Part shown: positions 1 through 11,300 of the stretch, in pieces
Layout of the letters: every line of letters starts with the position of its first letter
Numbering within the stretch: the first letter of the stretch is position 1
IMG/VR virus record: IMGVR_UViG_3300006145_000002
DNA length: 64,000 nt
Reading direction: 5' to 3' (one strand)
Source: an uncultured virus (IMG/VR IMGVR_UViG_3300006145_000002)
Lineage: Duplodnaviria > Heunggongvirae > Uroviricota > Caudoviricetes
Notes under the pieces: model-generated
What the model was told of the DNA's origin: nothing
What the model saw: only the letters and a program-made list of their open reading frames with translations
Databases searched by the model: none
Program-made: the position numbers and the translations under genes

Positions 1-647
1 TCAGCACCAACCACAGTGCCATCCACTGTCACCTGATAAGAAGCAATATAACCAGCATTTGCAGTTGCCTTCTTCACTACATCAACAGTGCGATCCTTAA
101 CATACAGGCCATCGGCCTTCTTCTGCAAGCCGTTGTCAGCGTCAGCAGACACATTCACGCCAATAGTCTTAGCAGTTGCATCAACAGTCACAGCACCATC
201 AGCAGCAGTATAAGTAGTGTCGGCAGTAGTAATGCGAGTGACCTCAGTGTAATCCTCATCGTCCAAAGTCTTTGCAGACAGAATCAGAACATGAGGATCA
301 GTAGCGTCCTGCTCCAACTTGTACTGAGTATCGGTATCCTGTACCTTGCCAGCAATATAGCTGTCAATGTTCTTAATCTCGCTTGCCGTATACTCAGGCT
401 TAGTAGCAGCCTTCGCCCACTCAGGTACATCGCCAGCCAACGCAGTAACATAGGGCAGATCATTAAACGCAGTAGTGCCATCACCCAACTTCAGCAGAGT
501 AGCAGCCTTTGTACCAGCATCAGCATCGGCAGGAACCAGAACCACAACAGGCTCGTTCACACCATAAACAGCATTCTTGGCCTCCAGATTAGCCAGAGCA
601 TCACCACGAAGTTTATACTGAACAGTAATAGTCTTAGTAGTAGCCAT
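1..647 (-). CDS. tail fibre / receptor-binding-type protein, runs off the window edge
   Basis: Not in the ORF track; my translation from ATG 647 (SD GAGGT) gives MATTKTITVQYKLRGD...LKLGDGTTAFNDLPY...DVPEWAKAATKPEY. KxGDG...xLPY is typical of phage fibre (Mtd/hyaluronidase-like) N-termini. Confidence 0.7.
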   Translation of the reverse strand, partial: MATTKTITVQYKLRGDALANLEAKNAVYGVNEPVVVLVPADADAGTKAATLLKLGDGTTAFNDLPYVTALAGDVPEWAKAATKPEYTASEIKNIDSYIAGKVQDTDTQYKLEQDATDPHVLILSAKTLDDEDYTEVTRITTADTTYTAADGAVTVDATAKTIGVNVSADADNGLQKKADGLYVKDRTVDVVKKATANAGYIASYQVTVDGTVVGA

Positions 648-669
648 AATCAATTACCTCCTAATATTC

Positions 670-987
670 TTAAATGTTACCGTCAAGAATGATGTAATCG
701 CCATCATCTTGCTTTAATTTGTTTACATTCAGCGAGGCGACCTCCATTGTGCCGTCTTTGCCAATAGTAACCATGTTTTCTGAATCGCTGGATTTTACTA
801 TACCAGCCGTAGTTGCATCACCAATAGGAACATTAACAGTGACACCTTCTTGGATTGTTTTATCTAATTCTGTAAATTTATCCTGAACATTTTTGAAGTT
901 ATCGTTAATCTTTCGTGCAACTTCGGAACCAGAATCAGAATTAGCCTGTGTTGTTCCTGCTCTTAACAACTCATAAACGAAATTCAT
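670..987 (-). CDS. tail-associated hypothetical protein
   Basis: 105 aa, SD GGAGG; contains KINDNF and ATTAGIVK motifs seen in tail-fibre-associated proteins. Confidence 0.55.
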   Translation of the reverse strand: MNFVYELLRAGTTQANSDSGSEVARKINDNFKNVQDKFTELDKTIQEGVTVNVPIGDATTAGIVKSSDSENMVTIGKDGTMEVASLNVNKLKQDDGDYIILDGNI

Positions 988-1008
988 TCAATCAGTCACC
1001 GCCTCCCT

Positions 1009-1200
1009 TTAAGCATACAGAATATAATCTGAACGTAATTCAGCGGTATTAAAAAGGAACCCTTTATAGTCCTCTGGCTGTCCTACTGGAGCAAAGCAGC
1101 TACCAGTAATAACAGGATCATCACCGCCTCCGGGCGGCTCATACGGAGGGCTGTGAACGGGATAGAATACACCCCAATAGAAACCATAGGCCATAGACAT
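1009..1200 (-). CDS. hypothetical protein
   Basis: 63 aa, co-oriented in the operon, SD GGCGGTG. Confidence 0.5.
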   Translation of the reverse strand: MSMAYGFYWGVFYPVHSPPYEPPGGGDDPVITGSCFAPVGQPEDYKGFLFNTAELRSDYILYA

Positions 1201-1214
1201 ATCACATCACCGCC

Positions 1215-1511
1215 TTAATAAATAAAACAAATGATACAATCGCTTACAGGCTTTTTGAATTTTACTTCTTTGATTTCTGCGGTATTTGTACCACCAAGAG
1301 CAATACTTGAAAAATTGCCCAAACCATCAGTTGTGTACTCAAACCCATCCATAATAAATTCAGTATAAGCCGCTGTTTTCATAGTGATATGATATAATTT
1401 GTCAGCACGTGAACTTGGCTCCACCTTTTTAATTTCCGCTAAACAACGTTCAACAACATTCTCGTTTGCAAGGAAATTTTGATGGATCAATCCACCTTGT
1501 TTTCTTACCAT
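1215..1511 (-). CDS. hypothetical protein
   Basis: 98 aa, SD AGGTGGTG. Confidence 0.6.
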   Translation of the reverse strand: MVRKQGGLIHQNFLANENVVERCLAEIKKVEPSSRADKLYHITMKTAAYTEFIMDGFEYTTDGLGNFSSIALGGTNTAEIKEVKFKKPVSDCIICFIY

Positions 1512-1546
1512 TACTTCACCACCTTTTATAAATCGAGTTCTTTATG

Positions 1547-2476
1547 TTATTCTGTAATTATCACATAATCGACTTCGTTCAAAGTCATATTATCAAAATC
1601 ACTCAAAGTAAGATCGTCCATTTCAGATAACAACCGATAACGTTTCAAGCCTGCGCTTGCCTCACAGTCTAAATACATTTCAGATTGTCCAGAAATAAAC
1701 TGAATCAAAACTTCTGTCATTTCCACAAGTAGATTCAAGGAATTGTCAATCTCAATAAACTTTTGCAGTTGCCAATCTATATCTGCATTTGCACTTAGAT
1801 ACATTTCGGATTCCACACCATACAACATCTTTTTTAAAATATACTTTTCAATAGGTGATGCACTCATATATGAAATTGCTTGACCAGCGATTGTAAGCAA
1901 ATAAAAAATATCTGTTGGCTCAACATCAAGAAACATTTCAGATTCATCTACCCCAATGTTTTTCACGCTTGCAAAATCAATATCTGCCAACAATTCTGCA
2001 TCATTTATAATCTTCTCGAAACTGTATTTCAAAGTATCAAGTTCATTAACCAGTAATTGCATATCAAACTCAACATCGCCGAATGAATGAGCAATATAAT
2101 AATCAAGCGGATCAACAGCAATTTCCAGAGAAGAATCGCCACCAGTGAATGATTTTTCTGTAACATCAAGTTCACTTGCAAACGAAACCATTTCTGTTTC
2201 CCCACCTGTAATTACTTGGTTCACCAAATCCATATCAACATCTACATAAAATTCATTATGAATTTTTTCTGCAACAATTTCTAAAATATTTTCCATTGTT
2301 GTGTCCAAAATCATTGAAGCATCAACCTTCAAACTCTTACGCACTTCAATATCATCTAATGTCGCATATATGTATAGCCAATCATAAATTGAAAAAGAAT
2401 CTCTTTGAACTAATTGCGTGATAATAACATCAATTTCGGTGAGCCGTTTCTTTAAATAAACATCAAATGATTGCAA
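1547..2476 (-). CDS. acidic tail-module hypothetical protein
   Basis: 309 aa, TTG start with SD AGGTG; position in tail module. Confidence 0.6.
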   Translation of the reverse strand: MQSFDVYLKKRLTEIDVIITQLVQRDSFSIYDWLYIYATLDDIEVRKSLKVDASMILDTTMENILEIVAEKIHNEFYVDVDMDLVNQVITGGETEMVSFASELDVTEKSFTGGDSSLEIAVDPLDYYIAHSFGDVEFDMQLLVNELDTLKYSFEKIINDAELLADIDFASVKNIGVDESEMFLDVEPTDIFYLLTIAGQAISYMSASPIEKYILKKMLYGVESEMYLSANADIDWQLQKFIEIDNSLNLLVEMTEVLIQFISGQSEMYLDCEASAGLKRYRLLSEMDDLTLSDFDNMTLNEVDYVIITE

Positions 2477-2504
2477 TTATCTCACCTACTTTCTTTGAAT
2501 AATT

Positions 2505-2927
2505 TTACGGGGTTGGAACTGCTGGCGCTGCTGGATTTGCCAAGGTCAGCTTCAAGCTACCTGTTTTAACCATAACGATTGTTGCAGTTTCAACACTTCG
2601 AGCCTGTGATAATACATTAAACATAAGCAAATTACCGTTAGTAGGCGCATCGTATAAAACAAAATGCGTCACTGTACCCCAACTTGCAGAACTCTCAGGA
2701 AAAGAAATCTCATTCTTATTAGTAATTACACCGTTTGCAGGAACATCTAAAGATGTTAATTCTACACGTGCATATCCAGCCGATGCAAGAGGTTCAGTTG
2801 CACCAGAACCATCTACATCAGGAGCGGAAGAACTTAAACCAAGATATACTTTACTTGGCAATCCCGGACTTGTTTGCGTTTTAAAAACGTTGCCCATAAT
2901 ACAGTTCAGAAAATATGTAGAAGTCAT
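2505..2927 (-). CDS. phage tail (fibre-associated) structural protein
   Basis: GYARV...ITN..EISFP...WGTVTHFVLYDAPTNGNLL signature of a common small phage tail protein family. Confidence 0.7.
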   Translation of the reverse strand: MTSTYFLNCIMGNVFKTQTSPGLPSKVYLGLSSSAPDVDGSGATEPLASAGYARVELTSLDVPANGVITNKNEISFPESSASWGTVTHFVLYDAPTNGNLLMFNVLSQARSVETATIVMVKTGSLKLTLANPAAPAVPTP

Positions 2928-2969
2928 ATCTTACTCTCAACCTCACTTTCATAATATTTTTTGGTTTAT

Positions 2970-3338
2970 CTATTTCAAAAAACTTTCATTGATGTTATGT
3001 ACAATTTGCAAGAATCCCTGATTAGGGACTTCTACTTCTCCATCAACATCTTTGATAGTGATTTGATAAATGTATTTTCCGTGTAATCCCAAAGTATCAC
3101 GTGGTTCTAAATCGACCGCAGCAACATTTTTCACTTCATCATCACCAATAAGAAATGTAAGTGGCTTTGAAATTAACGGATCGCCAGTCTGATCAGAATA
3201 ATCAACGACAGCAAAGTTGCCAGTACAACCATCTGCATTAAATGGGACTTTAGCCATTGTGAATAAATGCCAGTGAAAAGTATTGGACTGGCCTGAAACG
3301 AACATTACTTCTGGCATTGTGTAAATATCACGCCTCAT
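2970..3338 (-). CDS. baseplate upper protein (BppU N-terminal-like)
   Basis: 122 aa beta-rich, ends in DT..L.GKYIYQI pattern; follows Dit. Confidence 0.5.
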   Translation of the reverse strand: MRRDIYTMPEVMFVSGQSNTFHWHLFTMAKVPFNADGCTGNFAVVDYSDQTGDPLISKPLTFLIGDDEVKNVAAVDLEPRDTLGLHGKYIYQITIKDVDGEVEVPNQGFLQIVHNINESFLK

Positions 3339-3341
3339 AAA

Positions 3342-4157
3342 TCACCCTCCACAATCCACAGGAAATTCACAAATGAAATCCAAAATGCAATTACCTGTTA
3401 CACGTATTTTGTTCATGCCTTTTTTCAATGGAAACCAATTAAAATTGCAATATTGATATAAGTTAGAATAAGCATCATCAGAAGATTCAATTATGCTCAA
3501 ATCATTATCAATCGAAATTGTCAAGAAATAACTTTGTGGCAATCCAGAGAATTTCAACTCCGAATTACCACAAGATTGATTAACTATTGAAATTGTATTG
3601 CTGCCATTTAGTTGAATTTTCATTTTTGGATAATAAAGTCGATTAATAGTAGCACGACTAATCAGTTGAATATTTGAAACACCACTACATGAATAATTGA
3701 AACTCTTAGGAAACATATATCCATATGGTGAATCGCAAGTTACTTTTGCTGTAAACGCCCACGGCAACCAAGATAATTGAATCGGCTGTAAGTCACTGAT
3801 TACACAATGATAACGAATCATTTCTAAATCTGGCTGTTCAATCTCCAGCCAATGATATGTATTGTGTCCAGCTAACCAGTTTGCGATAGCATTCATCTCA
3901 TAGCGATCCAAATGCTCATCCATGCTTAGTATCTCCGATGGATCGACACCAAAAACTAAATTAAATTCAAGTGGACTTTCAAATGATCTACCATATAAAA
4001 AAGTCCGTCCCTTGGACGGAATCACATCAGTTTGTAATTTGCCTGTACTGGCAAAGGGAGTAGCTTCATTGGTATTCCCATCAATATCAAAAATCCGTAG
4101 TCCAAATTGTTCACATGGGATTCTATTGAAAGAAAACCGCTTTGCGATAAACCCCAT
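3342..4157 (-). CDS. distal tail protein (Dit)
   Basis: F.FN...CEQFGL N-terminus, TCDSPYGY and FNWFPLKKGMNKI motifs. Confidence 0.75.
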   Translation of the reverse strand: MGFIAKRFSFNRIPCEQFGLRIFDIDGNTNEATPFASTGKLQTDVIPSKGRTFLYGRSFESPLEFNLVFGVDPSEILSMDEHLDRYEMNAIANWLAGHNTYHWLEIEQPDLEMIRYHCVISDLQPIQLSWLPWAFTAKVTCDSPYGYMFPKSFNYSCSGVSNIQLISRATINRLYYPKMKIQLNGSNTISIVNQSCGNSELKFSGLPQSYFLTISIDNDLSIIESSDDAYSNLYQYCNFNWFPLKKGMNKIRVTGNCILDFICEFPVDCGG

Positions 4158-4178
4158 CTACTCACCTCACAATCATTT

Positions 4179-4358
4179 TTACTCTGTCTTTTTCTCTCCT
4201 TCATTCTGCTTTGCTTCATCCTGCAAAGCAATACGAATTTCATTCAGAATTGCATAACACCCCGCCAAATTGCCAGCATTTTGAATCCCCATTACAGAAA
4301 TATTGTCAAGAGCCTTACATACAGCATCGACCCTATTTAAAATTTCCACTTTTTCCAT
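4179..4358 (-). CDS. small hypothetical protein (59 aa)
   Basis: Not in the ORF track; MEKVEILNRVDAVCKALDNISVMGIQNAGNLAGC..., SD AAGGAGG, fills the gap between tail tip gene and Dit. Confidence 0.65.
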   Translation of the reverse strand: MEKVEILNRVDAVCKALDNISVMGIQNAGNLAGCYAILNEIRIALQDEAKQNEGEKKTE

Positions 4359-7300
4359 TTAGTCATCCTCCTTAATTTGACATTTCAAGCGTTCAATTTC
4401 TTTAAATAACTTTTGAATCATATGAACGCACACAGGAATTATTTCGCCATATCTAATTCCATAATAAGTTTGCAATTCGCTATTTTCATCTTCACGTTCA
4501 AATGTTTCTAATAAGGCAAGTTCATCTTCTGACAAACCACATTCATTCCGCACAGCTTCAACGTCTTGAGCAATAAACCCAATATGCCGCTTTTTATCTT
4601 CTTGCTTATTCAAAAGAAATGATGCAGGATTAAGTTTCAAGAAAAAATCTTCATATCTGTCGATATTGTATAGAATATTGTTCTTAAATCTTCTATCAGA
4701 ATCTACAGTGATTTCACGATTTGCATGAATACTACTACCAGCACAATAAAACTGCGCACTACCACCTGACATTAATGCTCCCGCATTACTCACAAAAACA
4801 TAATAATCAGCATATGGGCCAGCAGAGCCATACATTTTTGCTCCATTGGTGACACGAATTCCATCACTACCTTGAGCGCAACAAAAACCGCCAGTTCTTG
4901 TTCCTAATGTAACAATATCAGCATCAATCGTGCCAGACCTAATATAATTCGCATTAATATAAAGTCTACCGCCATAAGAATCACTAAAAATCCCGAATCG
5001 TGTTCCGCCACTTGTTAAAACATTAAAAACATTCAAATCATTACATCTATTATCCCAAGCAAAATTATAAACATCATTGGCGTAACGATATGCGGCATCC
5101 GCATCATCAAGAGCATCATAAGCAAGATTGTATGCACCATTAGCACGTGTATACGCATCTCCAGCATATCTCCAAGCATCATCAGCATAGTTGTAGGCTC
5201 CGTTTGCACGTTGATATGCCTGACTCATAGTAGGATTGATTTCATCAACTGTCGCCCAATTTATTGAACTTCCTGCTCCCATTGTGATATTACCATTAAT
5301 AGTAACAGCACCATTATCTGTCACTTGGAACGTAACAGCGTTTGTTGACTTGTTTCTAATGGTAATACCATACAGATCAAGATAGTCAGAATCAATCTTA
5401 GAAGAACTGGTTGCCAAGTTATTACTGCCAGATGTATTTGTCAGAATATTTCTGCCACCAATATACAGTGAAGAAGCATCAACACGGCCTTTAATATCTG
5501 CACTTTTCGCTCTCATGTTTCCGTTTGCATCAACATAGAAATTTGGATTAGTAGCAGTACCACCGATACTCAAATTGCCCTGCGAATCAACACGAAATGC
5601 AGTAGGGCCACCAACCTCAAGTGAACCTCTAAAAATACCAGCAACAGCGTCAATCGTACCTTTTAAGTACACGTCACCATACATATCAATCCAGAAATTT
5701 GCATTAGGTGTATCATTAGATGCTAAGTTTGCAATTCTTGTTACGCTACGATTATTTGCTGTCCTGACACCTGTTGGCTGGCCTTTAGAGTTATAGTAAA
5801 ACATAGTGTTCTTATCGCCACCACCAACAATACCAAATACGGCTCCTAAATCAATTCTGCCGCCAGTGCTACCATAAAGATTAAATGAAGCATTATGCAG
5901 CGAAGCACCTTCTCCATCCATCTTGAAAACGGCAACACCACCATCAGTCTTTTCACTTTCAATAATCAGATTGTTACCAGCAAGAATAGTTCCTACCAGA
6001 GCAGGAGTTACAATGCCATATAACGATCCCAAGTTCTTATCAACAAATTCACCGATACCGATAGTTGCAGAGTTCCATCCATCGTTTGTAAACATCAAAG
6101 CATTATGGGCCATCCAGATTTGCTTTGGACTATAGCCACCACTGGCCTCATCATATTTTCGACAGCGTAACCCAGCTTGATCAATAGTGATTTCGTTATG
6201 TGTACCAGACAGAATCATATTCTTCATGGTATCAAGAGCAGAATCCATAAATTTCTTGATATTGGTATTAGCACCGCTATTAACGAAATTGCTGTAGTTG
6301 AATTGGTTAAAATCCAAAGTCTTACTTATAGACACAGATTCATCTAAATTATCTAAAAAGCTGAATTTTCCATTCTTAATTTGAAAATCACTTGCAAACT
6401 CTAATTCAAGTTTTGATAAATCATCAAATTCAACTGATACGCCAGTTACAATAGGTTCAATTACACCCATATTCAGATGCAAATAAATTCTTTCACCTAA
6501 TGTAAATTCTTTTGCAAATGAAACAAAGTCATCTATTGCAAAGAAATTTGAACTATCGACTGTAAAGTGATATACAGGATATGCTTTCTTATCAAGAACA
6601 TCTTTTCCATATTCAAACAAATCCCATGCAATCGACATTCTTTGATATTCACTTGTTTCATAGGTCATATATGCCGTTGTAGCAGATGTGTTAATCCGAA
6701 TAGATGTATCACCATAAGACACGTTCGTATATAATCTACCAGTCAACGATAATGTTCCACTTGGAAATGTATTACCATTAATTGATCCTTGGTTTAAATA
6801 CAATGACATTATAAAAGTGTTATCACGATTGACTTGTAATGTACCACTCACAACATCTGCATTCAATTTAAGTTGAGAATCATTGACATTAATAAAACCA
6901 CCACGAATAGTATAAAATGTAATATCACTTGTATACGTTGCCATTCTGACAGCCGTACAATTAGCAATATTAAAAACAGACGATAATCCACGAGTTACAC
7001 TTGATTCAGATGAATAACTATCTACTTCACTCGCCACAAAAGAACTGTCAGTTAAACTACCACACTTAAAGTAACGGTCTAAAATTTTCAATTCATTATC
7101 TGTGAAAAATGATGAAAATGCCGTTTCCTTATTTATCTGTTTTAACTGGCTTGTATAGTTGCTGATTTGATTTTGAATTGTAGTAAGCAAACTATTTTGA
7201 GAATTAATCTCACTTTCTTTAAACTTTATTTGCGAATTGACAGTATTCAATTTTGATTGCAAAGAACTATCCATTGCAACAGCTTGAAGTAATGCGGCCT

Positions 7301-8252
7301 TTTGTGATTCAAGTCCTGTTAATTCGCCTTGCATATCTGTCAAAACAGCACTCTCAGTAGCATAACGTGAAATTTGCATATTTTGAGCAATGACTATGGA
7401 ATAATACAAAGTCTGATAACTTTCAAATGTTATCTTCCAACGATTCCACTTTTGAATAATATCTGCTGAAAAGTATTCCTCAGTCATATACGAATCCAAA
7501 TTATAAATCCGATTTTCTCCCATTGGATTCACGCTACGAATATCAACACCATCTGCACCATTTACGTCTAATACTGTAAACAGATCATCAATATCTTCTT
7601 CCACTACAATTTCTTTTGCGAGGTTGCTTGTCGAAATATAAACTGGCTTTGTTGGAACAGTATTATATTTATTGCGCACATTAATCTTTCGATTATAAGT
7701 ATCAAAATCAAAAACGCATTCATATGTCTTTTCCAATTCAGATTTCATGAAATCATAAATAGACAAGCCATCAACACTAAATGTTCGATATTTACCAATT
7801 AAACTTGAAGAAACTGTACCAAGACTCCAAGAAGGCATTTCCGACAAAATAATACCTAAAATAGTGCTATCTGGCGCAAACGGATTCCAAAAGTTATATG
7901 TTCCTTCTTCCAGCGAAATACTCTTATTTGTAAATTCATATTCCAAAGAATAGCCAGAACAACTTTTGCTTGACTTTACTCCGTTATCATTTTCTGCTGG
8001 ATTATGTAATATAAATTGTCCAAACCCTTCTACATCAATAATCCTCATGCCAGTCAGAAGATCATATTCGCTCAGTTTTTTCCCATTAACGTGTGATGGA
8101 TATGTAAAAGAAATTTCTGAAAAGTCCCTATATCTAATTATCGCTTCTGGTTTTATAATATGTCCTAATACACCTATCGCTTTCCCATCAAAATTCCGTA
8201 TAATAAAATTAGGGCGTTTACGAAAATTCAATTTTGAAAAATTAATGACCAA
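4359..8252 (-). CDS. tail tip/spike protein (Tal-like) with C-terminal intramolecular chaperone (peptidase S74)
   Basis: 1297 aa; tail endopeptidase-like N-terminus, coiled coil, and C-terminal SDRRFKNNI...HIGFIAQDV...IRYGEII. Confidence 0.8.
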   Translation of the reverse strand: MVINFSKLNFRKRPNFIIRNFDGKAIGVLGHIIKPEAIIRYRDFSEISFTYPSHVNGKKLSEYDLLTGMRIIDVEGFGQFILHNPAENDNGVKSSKSCSGYSLEYEFTNKSISLEEGTYNFWNPFAPDSTILGIILSEMPSWSLGTVSSSLIGKYRTFSVDGLSIYDFMKSELEKTYECVFDFDTYNRKINVRNKYNTVPTKPVYISTSNLAKEIVVEEDIDDLFTVLDVNGADGVDIRSVNPMGENRIYNLDSYMTEEYFSADIIQKWNRWKITFESYQTLYYSIVIAQNMQISRYATESAVLTDMQGELTGLESQKAALLQAVAMDSSLQSKLNTVNSQIKFKESEINSQNSLLTTIQNQISNYTSQLKQINKETAFSSFFTDNELKILDRYFKCGSLTDSSFVASEVDSYSSESSVTRGLSSVFNIANCTAVRMATYTSDITFYTIRGGFINVNDSQLKLNADVVSGTLQVNRDNTFIMSLYLNQGSINGNTFPSGTLSLTGRLYTNVSYGDTSIRINTSATTAYMTYETSEYQRMSIAWDLFEYGKDVLDKKAYPVYHFTVDSSNFFAIDDFVSFAKEFTLGERIYLHLNMGVIEPIVTGVSVEFDDLSKLELEFASDFQIKNGKFSFLDNLDESVSISKTLDFNQFNYSNFVNSGANTNIKKFMDSALDTMKNMILSGTHNEITIDQAGLRCRKYDEASGGYSPKQIWMAHNALMFTNDGWNSATIGIGEFVDKNLGSLYGIVTPALVGTILAGNNLIIESEKTDGGVAVFKMDGEGASLHNASFNLYGSTGGRIDLGAVFGIVGGGDKNTMFYYNSKGQPTGVRTANNRSVTRIANLASNDTPNANFWIDMYGDVYLKGTIDAVAGIFRGSLEVGGPTAFRVDSQGNLSIGGTATNPNFYVDANGNMRAKSADIKGRVDASSLYIGGRNILTNTSGSNNLATSSSKIDSDYLDLYGITIRNKSTNAVTFQVTDNGAVTINGNITMGAGSSINWATVDEINPTMSQAYQRANGAYNYADDAWRYAGDAYTRANGAYNLAYDALDDADAAYRYANDVYNFAWDNRCNDLNVFNVLTSGGTRFGIFSDSYGGRLYINANYIRSGTIDADIVTLGTRTGGFCCAQGSDGIRVTNGAKMYGSAGPYADYYVFVSNAGALMSGGSAQFYCAGSSIHANREITVDSDRRFKNNILYNIDRYEDFFLKLNPASFLLNKQEDKKRHIGFIAQDVEAVRNECGLSEDELALLETFEREDENSELQTYYGIRYGEIIPVCVHMIQKLFKEIERLKCQIKEDD

Positions 8253-8281
8253 ACAATGACCTCCTTTCTATGAATATAGAG

Positions 8282-8310
8282 ATAGCAGAGAGCAAATTGC
8301 CCTCTGCTAT
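8282..8310 (-). terminator. hairpin / possible terminator after tape measure gene
   Basis: ATAGCAGAG...CTCTGCTAT 9-bp inverted repeat. Confidence 0.45.
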
Positions 8311-8321
8311 AACAAATGTGG

Positions 8322-11300
8322 TTAATATCTCAAACTTCTTTTCCCACGCATAGTAAATACACTATCAAGTTCTTTAATGGTATAATTACTGATCTTTTTT
8401 GTCAGGCTCTTGATTTCAGCATCATCCAGCTTTTGCAAAACTTGCATTGGGAACGTCAAGTTAAATTCATTCGACATACCACTATTCTCAACGACTGTCT
8501 GTGTTTGCTGGGCATCCTGCTTAATCTGTTCCTGCATCCTGCTCCCCATAAGGTCAGTATCAGAAATAGAATTAATCACTTTGCCATATTTGCCTAACAT
8601 AGTTTCTGCAAAGTCTAATGCTTGATAAATAGGTTTCTGCTGTTCCTTGGTAAATACGGCTTCGCCCTTTTTCAGCTTCGCAAAAAGTTCATCCTGCTCC
8701 AGTGTAGGATCATCGCCAACAATACCGCCAGTATGATAAGTGTATTTCTTATACTTCTCATACAGCAATGAACCATCAGATGTATACCATGTACCATTAT
8801 CACGATAAGCGTTGATACCATATCGGGCCAGACTTTGCCCAAGCTGGAGGTTTTCTGCATCCAGCCGCTTTCGTTCGCTTTCACTTGCATTACCCCATGC
8901 TCGGCTATTTGCATACATCTTTTTAATGATATTATGCACATTTTCAGTTTCTTGCCCACCACTGGTATCATAATTACCAGAGTTACCGATCACATTCGGA
9001 GTAGTAGATGTTCCAGTCAACCCACCGCCAATGATTGTGCTGCTACTTGAAGAACTGGAACTGGCCTCCAATGCCGCAAGTTGCTGTTGCGTTTGCAGAA
9101 CAGCATTAAGATAACTACCATACTTTTCAACAGCAATACACGCCGCATCCCAAGCCGCAGTAATCTCATTATTTGTGACAGTGCCGTACTCATAGTTCCA
9201 ATCAAGAAGCTGCTGATAAAGAGTGTCCCATTGCGTCTGAATTCGCTCGATAGCAAGTTGATACAACTTTTCTTCAGAAGAAATACTATTTTCAAGGACT
9301 TCAATTTCTTTCTTCTTCTCTTTTTCGTAGGCATCAAACATATCATCAAGCATATCGCTGGTTGCATCATATGCGTGATCGGCCTGATCATCAGCCAAGT
9401 CATTTGACAAATCAGCAATTTCCTCTTTCAACTTTGCCTGTTTTGCCGCAGATTCACGACTATCATCTAACTCCAGTAAAGCAAGCTGCTGTTGAAGTTT
9501 TGCCAGTTCCTTTGTCTTTTCAGCAACATTCTTAGTGTAATTGTCCTTTTCACGCTCAAGTTCGAGTGACTTTTTCTGCAAGTCAACAATATCTTTCATC
9601 TTGTCAACTTGATTCTCCAAAGCCTCAATCTGATTCTTGACTTCCTGTTTAATCATTTCCATGACATATTTCAGCAAGTCATCCAGATAATCGCCTTGCT
9701 CCTTCAGGGCTTTCTTTGCAGACTCGTTAGCCTCTTTTACAGAGCCTTCTACCTTACCAATACTGGAGATAGCAATACCAGACAGCGCACGAAGGTTGTT
9801 AATGTTCTGCAATGCTCCAGCGTACATCGTATCATTCAGATCACCAGATACATTCAGTAGCCTTAACTGCGCATACACTAAATCCCATGTAGCTGTTGTG
9901 GTCTGCTCAGTTGCCAATGTCAAGTTCATCAATTCAGTGATTTCGTTGCGCTCAATCGCACTACGAATCTGTTGCACATAACTTAACGCAGTTTCAACCG
10001 CCATTTGTTCAGTACGTGCCGCAATCACCTTTTGCAGACTTTCTTCATTGATAACTAATTGTCCATTTTCATCTTTCAAATAGGCAAGGTACTGGACACC
10101 CCAAGAACAAATCTCTTGTAAAGTATCAATGGTAATAAAGCCACTATCAGCATACTCTTGAGCAGCGTCCTTCAATGTATCATACAGGCCAGTAATTTCA
10201 TCAACTGCATCATTGACATTATCTACTACTTGTTGCCATGCGTTAGCAGAAGTCTCGGCAATTTTATCATAGTAGTCCCACCACAAATCTGACAGTTTAC
10301 TAACTTCATCACTGGTATCAGAATATCCAAGAGAACGATAATACTCCGCTTGTTGATGTATCTCATCCTGCATCGCTTTATAATGACTAATAATATCAGA
10401 CGTATATCTTGTGATCCCACTAAAGTCCTTATTTGTAATTGCCTTGTCGAGCCAATTTTCATTTAAGGTAATAGCGTTTTCGTGTTCTTTAACAGATTTC
10501 TCATATGTTTCAATGATTAAATCTTGAATACTATCCTGATATTCCCACCATTGTTTTTGCAATTCTTGAATATAATCAGAATTTTCATCAAGCCCTAATG
10601 CACGATATTCCTCTGCTTGTTGATGTACTGCATCCTGCATTGCTTTATAGATTTTAATAATTTCATTGGAGTTTACGCCTTTATGTTCCATAATGAAAAT
10701 AGTATGTTCATAATCTCCAATAAGATCATCCATAACCTCTTTCATTTTCTTTAATGTATCTTCTAAAGCATCTTCAAGATTTTCAGTTTCTTTTACCGCA
10801 TCTTTCAGTTCTTTCGTTGTAGTAGAAGAATTATTACCAGAGAAAACAGACTTATAAGTTCCGCCCTTTGGCTTGATTGTTCCACTTGCACCGCCATTAT
10901 AGCCACCAGAATAAGCAGGAATCGAACCACTAAGATATTTGCCACTCTTTAAAATATCTTTCGTTTCCTCTGCTGTATATACAGTATCGCCTTGATTTAA
11001 ATGAACAATTTCAGGGCCATTTGTACCAGCTAAATAAGCCTGATCACCAGACTTAATAAGTTCAGCACCTTCTTCGCCAGTTAATGCAGCACCATCAGGA
11101 GCATTTTTAGTTCCTTTGGCAAAGCCAAGCATACTAAGCAAACTATTTTTTCTCTTAACATCAACAGAAACAGTAACCGTTTTACCAGTTAAACCATTGA
11201 TTGTAGTCTGCAAATCATGTACTTTACTTTCTGCTGTTTCCGCAGAAGTACCAATAGCCTCCAACTGACTTTGTGCATTATCGGTTGATGAAGCGTCAAC

